Source: Eledone cirrhosa (lineage: Eukaryota). From it: 64,000 nucleotides of DNA. The stretch lies in the NCBI GenBank assembly GCA_964016885.1, contig OZ024746.1:50158001-50222000 (forward strand), in the 5' to 3' direction. Position 1 is the first letter of the stretch, and every line of letters starts with the position of its first letter. Below are positions 11,401-21,418 of this stretch, piece by piece. Position numbers and translations under genes: made by a program. The notes under the pieces were generated by a model. It saw only the letters and a program-made list of their open reading frames with translations, was not told where the DNA came from and made no database searches.

Positions 11401-11555
11401 TTTTATTTGGGTGCCCGTTTTTTTGGGGGGGTGTTAGTTCGTTTTTTATAGGCGGTCCGATTTTTATTTGGGTGCCCTTTTTATGAGGGGTGTCCGTTTT
11501 TTATGGGGTGTATCCGTTTTTATTTGGATGCCTGTTTTTTATGGGGGGTTCTTTT
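5427..11555 (+). repeat. G/T-rich satellite, block 3
   Basis: Same monomer; marker AATGGCTAGG at 6421, 7041 and ~9009 shows higher-order duplication. Confidence 0.97.
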
Positions 11556-11566
11556 ATATATGTATG

Positions 11567-11618
<52 letters not shown>

Positions 11619-11759
11619 TTCATTTGTGTTTACTGGTCCACCACAGAATAGATCTCACGTAATCAGGCCATTGAAATATATATATAGTGTTTTTGTCACA
11701 ACGAAGCTTTAAAGAAACATCTCCAGTCTGGCCTCCTGTTGTTTCAATCAAAGCAATAC
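11619..11759. repeat. Module B, longest copy
   Basis: Homologous to 2126-2208 and 26367-26484; lies between microsatellite tracts. Confidence 0.85.
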
Positions 11760-11762
11760 ACC

Positions 11763-11863
<101 letters not shown>

Positions 11864-12082
11864 TTTCTGAATTTGTTTAGCAAGATTCTTTATCTGAAAT
11901 CGTGGTGTGTTGAAACCGATATTGTTATACCTTGGGAGGGTCATGTTGCCAATAAGTAACACACGCACCAGTTGCTTTCACTTCAATTTATTATTTTAAT
12001 AAATTTATAATAAATTTATAAATTTATAAATTTCTAGTTGGTTGGTTGGTTGGTTCCACAACCAGATAGTTGTTTATATATT

Positions 12083-12125
12083 GTCATAGTTCTTTCGTCA
12101 CACACTCTGTGACCTCTTCAGTGAC
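12083..12125 (-). ncRNA. Minimal type I hammerhead ribozyme of PLE1
   Basis: GUCA-CUGAAGA-G-GUCACA(GAGUG)UGUGAC-GAAA-GAAC-UA-UGAC. Confidence 0.85.
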
Positions 12126-12324
12126 TGGGGATTCCTTTCTTTGTTTCTGTGCCTCTCCTTTGTTCTGTCCTACGCCATTTTGTTTCTGCGTGTGTTGTGT
12201 GCTCAGTCTGCGCATGCGCCACATCCGGGTGTCTGTGTGTATTTATGTTCATTTATTTATTTGTTTATTTACATGTTACTGGTTGGTTGTTTGTTCTATG
12301 TGTGTGTGTGTTTTCATTTTGTCC

Positions 12325-15300
12325 TTAATTGTAAGTTGTGATGTTGCTGTTCCACTCATATTTTCTATTTAATTTTGGTTGTAATTCTTTTATGTTTATT
12401 GCCTCTGTAATTTGTCTAAACATTGCGTCTTTTCTGTGTGTAGATTCTATTTTTATTTCTATGTACTCTAATTTACCCTTGTGTTCTATTTTAGCATGTT
12501 GGTAGAGTACAGATGATTCTTTACTGTCTTGAAGGTCTCACCAGTGTTCATTTATCCGTTCCCCTACACTACGAGCTGTCTCACCTATGTACACTATATT
12601 TTTGTCTCTACATTGTCCTTCAGTACATCTTATGCTATACACTACATTTCTAGTTTTACAGTTAATATGGGGGCTTATATTACAGGTTATACATTTCTTA
12701 TCTATACATGAGGGTCTTTGAAAAGGGTATGTCTTGCTATTAAGTGTTTTTACTGAGGTACCTGGTCTTTCTACTATCTTAATATTGAGTTTATGTTTAT
12801 TTAGGGCCCTTCGAAATTTGTAAGCTAATTCACCTCTAGGGGTTGTATCGATGAACATTACACTCTGGTATTTATTGCTATCATACCATGAGTTTATTCT
12901 ATTAGCTTTGTTCCTAGTTCTTTCTATTCTATTCCAAAATTTGCTCCTATACAAGGGGCACGTCCCATTTATGTCATTATTTACCATTTTTTCCCATTTG
13001 GTTCTGGCTCGTCTATACACTCTCATTTTATCTCTCTGATTGTAGCCAGAGAACTGCATACGGTGGATGAAGTGTTGTATGTGTCTCTAGTTCTTCGGGG
13101 TTGCACATGCGGGACACGTTTCTCATCACCCGTACCAAATCCGCAATCAGTATGTTGATTTTGGTATGGTCCGAAACGGCCGAGTTTCGGTGGATCAGAT
13201 GTTTGGAAGTCATGGGTTTGGCATAATGGGAATGGAGGATTTGTTTTTTGTTATTAATGGTATCTAACCAGAGCTCTGTGTCTAGTAGAGGTAATCGATG
13301 GTTGGGGTGTTTACTTGGGTAGTCTATAGTAACTCTAATGCTCTGGTGGATGGAGTTAGCTATTTGCTGGATGCTTTCCATTGTGTTTTTCTCTAGTTCC
13401 TGACTGTTCTCTAGTGGGGGTGTCTTAACTACGATGTTTATATCCTCAACGTAGCGGGAGTACATTATCAGGGTTAAGGGGTCTTCTAATTGTTCTTTAA
13501 GCTTAAGTTTAAGTCTACTGTCCCACCATACCATGAATAAGTTAGCTATGTCGCCTGCAATGCTAACACCAATGGCTGCTCCTTCCTCTTGGGCATATGT
13601 TTTTCCATTAAATTTGAACATATGTTCCTTAAGGGTTAGTTTTATGCTGGCCCCTACCGCATGTGCAATCATTTTCTTCAGTTCATCGTGGTTTTCGGGT
13701 GTCCGTGTGGCTCTGGTCCACCCGTTCCATCTATCTGTGTGGGTTTTCTTGGCCATTGAGGTAATGGTAGGTGGTCTGCCTCTTGCTGGTCTTGTAGGGC
13801 ACAGGTTGCTAAGGTCATATGTGTCTAGGTAATTATTACTATAGGTAAGTTTAAGTAGGAGTCCCAGCTCACTGGTATCAATCCCACGGAACTCAACATT
13901 GCTCTCACTGATCATTTCTACGCATTTCTCCACAGCAAAATCCACGTCAATAGATGGATACAGGGACACAACATCCATACTACCTATTATGCAGTTTGTT
14001 AGGTCCCTAGATCGGTTACTCACGCCGATTCTGCTGAGGAGGTCCTCCGTGTTGTCACATATATCTGGGGACATTTCGATGATGGGGCGTATGATCAGGG
14101 AGAGGAAGTAGGACAGTCTGTAGTTATTAGCAATGTTAGCTCCACAGACTGGCCGTGTTGGTGGTCCCGCGACAGGGTTACAGCCCGTTTTATGGTCTTT
14201 CGAAGCCCATACAACGCCGGCACGTCATTGTTCCAGGCCTGGAAGTTGTTGGCAGTCCTTTTGTTGGGCTGCATTATATTCGCCCACATCACCATATGGG
14301 CATTGAGGGCTTTTTCTCTATCCTCATGCTCCTGTGGTGTTACCTCTCTTGTGTTAATGATGTGGGGTTGCATTGCCTGGATGTAGTTTGGCAGGCTGTC
14401 AACCGACATTCTGCCAGACTTGTCTGTTGGAAAGCATGCTATCTCTCCATTACGCGAGCGCTGCATGAGCTTACGCAAGCCATTTGCAGATTTTTCTCCC
14501 AGTTGCTGGGCCTCCATTCTATTATGCTTCTTGCTATACTGTTCTATAATATTTCTAAGTTCGGATCTAGCTATACTAAATTGTGCTTCTGTTTGTTCAT
14601 CGACCTGCGACGGCAATTGCGTGCGTTTGTTAAATGGTAAAGTCGTGGCGTGGACTCGTCGCAGGTCGAACGATTTATCGGAGGGATTATAAAAAGTAGA
14701 GTTCCAGGCTGCTGCTTTATGTGTACTAGTGCTATTGTTATTGTTAATTCTGTTGTTTCTATTTCTATTTCCACCAACAGCCTCATGGTTGTTTCTATGT
14801 CTCTCATAATTACTCCTGTCTCTTTCCACTGGCTCATTGTTGTTATCTACCCTATTTTCTGTGTCTGTGTGTTCGTCTTGGTTATTTTCTTTGTCCTTAG
14901 TCTCCCTTCTCCTTTTAATCCTATTACTTTCCCTTATTTCTGTGATTTCTGTGCTACTGTCATTACTTGTTCTCTGTGTCTGTGTGTTTGTTAAGATTGT
15001 GGTGGTGATGAGAGGCATTGAATGTGTGTGTGTTGTTGTTGTTGAGGTGTGCTGTTGTTGATGTGTGTTGTTGTTGTCTCCGTGTGTGTTATTATTGTTT
15101 TGTGTGTTGTTATTGTTGTTTGTGTCTGCGTGTCTGTTGTTGTTGTTTCTGGGTATGTTATTATTGTTGTTGTTGTTGGTGTGTGTGTTGTTGTTATTGT
15201 TGTTTGTGGCTGTGTGTCTGTTGTTGTTGGGATGTGTGTTGTATATGTGTGTGCGTATATTGTTGCTTTTGTTTTTGTTTTTATTTTTGAGGCTCCAGCG

Positions 15301-15576
15301 TAGTTTTGTAAATGATTTTTCTATTTCTGACTGACAACTAATCATATTTACCTTCTTGAATGTCGCATACTTAGGTGGAAGTTGTAATGCAGATAATTCA
15401 TCGTTATCTATTATTGTGTTGCCGTATATATTTGTGTTGTTGTTGTTGTTGAACTCATCTGTTAATGAGGTGTCGGCCATATTTATACCGTCAATTTTGT
15501 CGGGATATCTATTGGTATTCTCTATAGTATCCTGATTTAGCTTTATCTGCTTAAGCCACTTTAGTTTCTTGTTAAA
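12325..15576 (-). pseudogene. PLE1 polyprotein (Asn/His/Thr-rich region, reverse transcriptase, Cys-rich linker, GIY-YIG endonuclease), disrupted
   Basis: Motifs PTDKSGR, GSMDVVSLYPSI, GAAIGVSIAGDIANLFM, RYVEDI and NVVY...YIGETAR; frameshifts near 14190 and 13070; TGA at 12538 where the inverted copy has CGA. Confidence 0.92.
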
Positions 15577-16333
15577 ATAAGCCCCCATATTAACTGTAAA
15601 ACTAGAAATGTAGTGTATAGCATAAGATGTACTGAAGGACAATGTAGAGACAAAAATATAGTGTACATAGGTGAGACAGCTCGTAGTGTAGGGGAACGGA
15701 TAAATGAACACTGGCGAGACCTTCAAGACAGTAAAGAATCATCTGTACTCTACCAACATGCTAAAATAGAACACAAGGGTAAATTAGAGAACATAGAAAT
15801 AAAAATAGAATCTACACACAGAAAAGACGCAATGTTTAGACAAATTACAGAGGCAATAAACATAAAAGAATTACAACCAAAATTAAATAGAAAATATGAG
15901 TGGAACAGCAACATCACAACTTACAATTAATGACAAAATGAAAACACACACACACATAGAACAAACAACCAACCAGTAACATGTAAATAAACAAATAAAT
16001 AAATGAACATAAACACACACAGACACCCGGATGTGGCGCATGCGCAGACTGAGCACACAACACACACACAGAAACAAAATGGCGTAGGACAGAACAAAGG
16101 AGAGGCACAGAAACAAAGAAAGGAATCCCCCGTCACTGAAGAGGTCACAGAGTGTGTGACGAAAGAACTATGACAATATATAAACAACTATCTGGTTGTG
16201 GAACCAACCAACCAACCAGAAATTTATAAATTTATGAATTTATTATAAATTTATTATAATAATAAATTGAAGTGAAAGCAACTGGTGCGTGTGTTTCTTA
16301 TTGGCAACATGACCCTCCCAAAGTATAACAATA
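15577..16333 (+). repeat. Inverted copy of the PLE1 3' end (GIY-YIG coding part to 15930, UTR, hammerhead)
   Basis: Reverse complement of 11920-12678; ORF YSIRCTEGQCRDKNIVYIGETARSVGERINEH...LNRKYEW. Confidence 0.95.
16132..16174 (+). ncRNA. Minimal type I hammerhead ribozyme (inverted copy)
   Basis: GTCACTGAAGAGGTCACAGAGTGTGTGACGAAAGAACTATGAC. Confidence 0.85.
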
Positions 16334-16394
<61 letters not shown>

Positions 16395-16521
16395 AAAGTT
16401 TTATTTAAAATTGTTGGGTTACAACAAGTAAATATTTTATAACTGATATAAAGCACTCAACAAGTTTTGGAGTAGATATACGATATTAAACAAATGGAAA
16501 CTATATTTATAAAACCATATC

Positions 16522-16587
16522 TATTTCATTATACATATTTCGGGGATACCATATTAAAAATATGGCATGCCGTCTTCAGATAAAATA
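16522..16587 (-). ncRNA. Type I hammerhead ribozyme of PLE2
   Basis: UAUUUUAU-CUGAAGA-C-GGCAUGCCAUA(UUUUUAA)UAUGGUAUCCC-C-GAAA-UAUGUA-UA-AUGAAAUA; the inverted copy has AUAAAAUA, a perfect stem I partner. Confidence 0.8.
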
Positions 16588-18211
16588 CAATATATAAACA
16601 GTTTTATAAATAATTTTGACGTACCATAAATATTGATCAACTTGTATGTAAGAAGTTGGTTTGGTAGTGAAATGTTTATAAATATTTAGTGTTAAGCACA
16701 GTTAAAAAGAAAGACGGAGAAAAAGAAGAAATGTATGTAAAGAAAAACAGAGAGAAATAGAGAGAGATAGGGGAGAGAGAAATAGTGAGGAGGTGAAAAA
16801 AGAGACGCAGCTGAGGCAACAGATGAATAATAATAATTTATCATACAAATTGAGAGATTTAGGAGGGAGTACTGTACTTATTTAGTTATAGTGTTAAGGA
16901 GACGGAGAGAAATAAAAAATGAAGAGAAAACAGAGAGAGAGAGAAAGATAGAGGTGGGGGGAAAAAAGAGGTAGACCAAATAATAATAAGTATTATATAT
17001 GGCGAGGTGAGAGAAATAGGAAAGAAGTAAGAGAGAAAATAAGAGAGAAACTCGAGAGGCAAAGTTAAAATAACCGATACTTAGACTTCATCAAATATAA
17101 AGAGGGAGGAGAAGAAAGAGCTATATCAAGAGAGAGGGATGATAGATTTACATCTTTACGTTATGTCCTATCAATTTGAATTATCAATTCATATGAATTG
17201 GGTATTATAATGTAAATATCAATATTCATGAATGAGACATAGATATATAATGTGTGAAAAATAATGACCATATGTTTAGTTTAAAATTCTGAGGTCGATG
17301 TACCAAAAACTGAGATAAAATTTCAAAAAATACGGAAATATATAAGTATATATGTACTTTCCGGAAAAGGAAAGAAAGAGAAAAAGAGAAGGTCATCTCA
17401 AGTTCTAGTTGATACTATAGACATACCCATGATCTTACGTGATCAACTCTGTAATTTCTTGTTTCACAGAAAAAAAAATGTTTCCCTTGTGTTATAAAAG
17501 ATTTTACTATATATATATATACATAAAAAATATATATTAATACTCCTGCCCTCACATACATGATTATCGTTCATGTATAGAATATTATGCATATCTGTAA
17601 CATATCCAGAGCTATACCCACACATACATATATATATATATATATGTATGCACACATATATGCACATGGACAGATAAAATAAACAGATAAAATAAAATAT
17701 ACTCTGTAATCATTCCATATTCATATTAATACATATGGCCTTTGTACAGAGACAACCAGATATTAATATATCAGCACAGAGATATCAAAACGTTAAAAAT
17801 ATTTTCATCACTCCCTAGAGTATCTCGGGCCGTAAAAAACACAGTATGCACCCCATATCAACCACAGAAATATACGCTTCCAATTTATCTGACAATATAT
17901 TGCCAAGTTCATTAGAAGCAATCAGAATCAAAAAGCAAACAAAAAACCAAAAATTATTCAACAAAACTTATTTAGCAGAAATCATTTAAAAGATTTAGGA
18001 GACCCTGTTGTTCTACAGATGCTCTTATATTTAGTATAGAAGTTTATCTAGCGTAAAATTTATTCAATAGATTGGGAGCATCTACATTTTAGGGTAGTTT
18101 AATTACATCATTAGTATATATTTATGAAGAAGGTTTAAAAGAAAAAGTTGAAGGAATCGAAAGATTTATCGTCAGGTTTCATACATTAATTAAATATCTT
18201 AACTAATTATA

Positions 18212-20455
18212 CTACATTTTAAATTTATATTTATATTTAAACGTTGAGTTCAATCTATGTCTGCAGCAACTGAATAAATTGCTCCTTAAATTAAGGACAT
18301 TTTTAGATTTTAATATAAAGAATATCTCCTCCACACAGAGGTCACATGTCTCAGATGAGGAATTAAAAGGAATCCCTCTTGAGACAATATTCCAAAACAT
18401 CGAATACCCAACGTTATCATGTTTAAGTTGCCAGAGTAAGCCTGATAGTGAAGTTGAAGATTTCTTGTTTGGATCTGTGAAAGAATTCTTATGATTATTG
18501 TAGCGAAGTTTAAATTCTGTCGAGGTGGAACCAACATAGTTAAAAGAATTTAAGTTAGTTTTAACATTACAATTGTATATTATATTTTTAACTAAGCAAT
18601 TGTTATTTAACGGACATTTAGATTTATTTCTACAGTTACAGTTGTTTAATTGAATATTGTTTTGGCTATTATCGGTATTTTGGCTAGGTTTTAGATTCCT
18701 ATTATTTATTCTGTTAATATTTTGTGCTAAATTTTTGGTGGACGAGTTAGTTAATTTTATAGTATGTCTATTAAAAATTGAGTGATATTTATGTGTTCTA
18801 GGGAAGCGTTTGTCAAGAGCATTAAAAAATAGTTTAGCAATGTGGGTTTTAATATTTAGTGAGAAAGGGGGGGGCGAACCATATTATATTTCTAGTTCTA
18901 TTTCTTTTCTGGCTTTTGGAATTATTGTAATGTTTTCTATTATAGTTGTTAAAGTTGTTACCGTAATTAAAATTGTTATTATAACGTTTGCCTATTTAAA
19001 ATTGTTATTATAACGTTTGCCTATTATTATCGATGTACTTAATTTAATAACTATATCCTGCTCTAGCTAACGCTTCATTGTAATACTGCGCTTTTTCGTC
19101 GAAAATATTTTTATTAGATGAAATTCTTGAGATACGTTCTTGAACAGAGTTCACTATAGTATTTTTAACAGATCTGGGGTGGTTAGAGTTAAAATTGACA
19201 TAATTCAAGTTTTCATTTAGTTTGTGAAATGGATAGTGAAGACATGTGTTGAGATTTAGTGTTACATCTAGGAAATTGACTATTCTATGGTTATTCTCTA
19301 TTTCTATTTTTAGATTAAGGTAATTAAAAAATTGTATAATTTGTTTTCTTTTTCTATTTAGTTCAGAGTTATTATTTTCAATAAGTAAAAGCATTTCATC
19401 ACGATATAATCCTCCGGTTACACCAGGTATTTTTCTATGCAGCGAATTAATTATAAATAGGCCCACAAGGTCCGTTACCTGAGCTGAGTCAGATGATCCC
19501 ATAGTAATGTCGAAATTATTATCTCTATCTGCCCTAGTCCATAGTTGGTTATTAAATTCTATCAATGTTTTCCTTGCCGATAATATAATGTGCATTTCAT
19601 TGCTAGTTAGGTCTGTATGTTTGAATGCGTAATTTAGTGCCTTATTCAGTAGATTAGGGGTAATAGATGAATAGTAGTTAGCAATATCTAGTTGAATAAA
19701 TTTATTAGTATTGTTATATTTAATTTCTTTAAACCATTCAATAACCTCACCAGTCCCCTTCCATAAGTTTAAGTTAGGTAAATTATGTAAGTTTTTAATT
19801 TGCTGTATCACCCTGTCTAGAATGTTTTTGCTAAGTTTACCCAGGTCGGATTTTGATGGTGCAATCAATCTGACTGGCAAATCATTTTCAAAATTTCTTT
19901 TGTGATCTTTCATATTGATCTTGGGTTTCCTAGGCAAGAAGGGTTGTGTTTTGTTCTCAATGTCCAACTCATGCATTATACAAGATGCCTCAACATTCAT
20001 TTTTTCCAGTTCGTCCTTATCTGCTACCTTGTACTTTTTCCTTAGTTCTTTCAATATAAGGCCATTATACATGTCTTTATGCACTCCATAAAGGTTGTTG
20101 GTTTTGTCCGATTTCACCAAGATCTTCTCTGTTCTCTCCAAGCCTTCAATATTATCCTTAATGCTTCTTAGATAGTCCTGGTCTTTGAAGTTTCTCTTGA
20201 ATTTGACTCCTTGTATGATAGAAATTATATCGTTTTCAAAATCCATTAAAAGTTTGTTGGGGGTGGATTTTTTTTAGATTTGAAAACTTTATCTAAGTCT
20301 CAAACATTTTCATTTAGATTAGATTTATCAAAGTGGAAGGCACGCCACCTGATTCTTCTTATAAAAGAGTCTGATTTTTCTATTAATTGTTTAATAAAGT
20401 CTTTGTTCTTAGGTAGAGGTATGTCTTTTAGAGAAGAAGATATCTTAAAGAATTC
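18212..20455 (-). pseudogene. PLE2 polyprotein (RT + GIY-YIG), disrupted
   Basis: FIRRIRWRAFHF, VKSDKTNNLY, LDIANYYSSI, FDITMGSSDSAQVTDLVG, GLYRDE, NFLDVTLNL, SNHP, IIWFAPPFS, CNCRNKSKCPLNNNC, NIIY...YVGST, CDLC...CCRHR; stops and frameshifts separate these blocks. Confidence 0.92.
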
Positions 20456-20550
20456 CGTTTTTTTTTTTTTTTAATATGGTATCCCCGAAATATGTATAAT
20501 AAAATAAATATGGTTTTATAAATATAGTTTCCATTTGTTTAATATCGTAT

Positions 20551-20671
<121 letters not shown>

Positions 20672-20768
20672 AATATATATATATATAAATATATATATAT
20701 ATATCTAAATATATATGAGAGACGTAAAATAAGAAAATTATAAAATTAACTTACTTACTAAAATATCA

Positions 20769-20857
20769 CTTCCAACTAATTAGTTTCTGAAATGGAATAA
20801 ATATATTTTCCGAAGAAAACATCGAGAATCATTTCGTCGTCGGGGAAGACTATTCTC
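20769..20857 (-). ncRNA. Extended hammerhead, core mutated (CCGACGA)
   Basis: CUUCC-CCGACGA-C-GAAAUG...CAUUUC-A-GAAA-CUAAUUAG-UU-GGAAG. Confidence 0.7.
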
Positions 20858-21290
20858 ATCTAAGTATCCAGGCAAAGCGGGGACTCTGGAAACTTATTCA
20901 AATATAATTCAGTGGATAGAAAATAGCAAATCGTGGACTGAATTCCTAGCCATTGAGAAAATCACTGCCTCTGCGTCGGTGGCAAATTCAAAAAGAATCA
21001 ATCACGTGACATCGAGGTCAATCATTTGAAAGTGGTTTGCTAATAAGACAGCGGCCTGCCTGCTACCATAGCAGCAGTCGTGGCCAATATTGCTCGACAA
21101 ATAATTTGGAGATAATTATAAAGAATTAATATCTAGTAACATATATATACATACAGATGCATATCAATGCTAGCAAATATATAGGTTTTGTCTTAGTAAC
21201 TTTGTGGTTCAATGCATGGGGTTGCAGAACAATAATATGAGAGACGTAAAATAAGAAAATTATAAAATTAACTTACTTACTAAAATATCA

Positions 21291-21379
21291 CTTCCAACTA
21301 ATTAGTTTCTGAAATGGAATAAATATATTTTCCGAAGAAAACATAGAGAATCATTTCGTCGTCAGGGAAGACTATTCTC
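21291..21379 (-). ncRNA. Extended type I hammerhead, intact core (CUGACGA)
   Basis: Stem I CUUCC/GGAAG, stem II GAAAUG/CAUUUC, inner hairpin with cUUCGg loop. Confidence 0.85.
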
Positions 21380-21418
21380 ATCAGGCAAAACGGGGACTCT
21401 GGAAACTTATTCAAAAAT

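Larger units (their letters stand above)
16392..20550 (-). mobile_element. Penelope-like retroelement 2 (different lineage) with ~1.8-kb 3' region and short inverted 5' segment
   Basis: RT and GIY-YIG remnants at 18212-20455; ~20472-20550 is the reverse complement of ~16478-16556; hammerhead near the 3' end; (TA)n on both flanks. Confidence 0.88.
20716..21415 (-). mobile_element. Hammerhead-bearing tandem element, subfamily 2 (522-bp unit, ~1.3 copies)
   Basis: Units start TGAGAGACGTAAAATAAG at 20716 and 21238; colinear with the 2301 unit, sharing AACTAATTAGTTTCTG, AAGAATCAATCACGTGACA and GTGGTTCAATGCA. Confidence 0.85.

Noticed and set aside
12538-12540. In-frame TGA as possible selenocysteine, as in Naiad PLEs
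   Set aside because: The inverted copy has CGA (Arg), so it is best read as a CpG transition; no SECIS was recognised.
15577-15726. N-terminus of the 543-aa ORF (MKVSPVFIYP...)
   Set aside because: It is the antisense reading of the inverted GIY-YIG segment fused by the inversion, not a real start.
18155-18185. CUGACGA on minus just after the PLE2 stop codon
   Set aside because: No downstream GAAA or closing stems.
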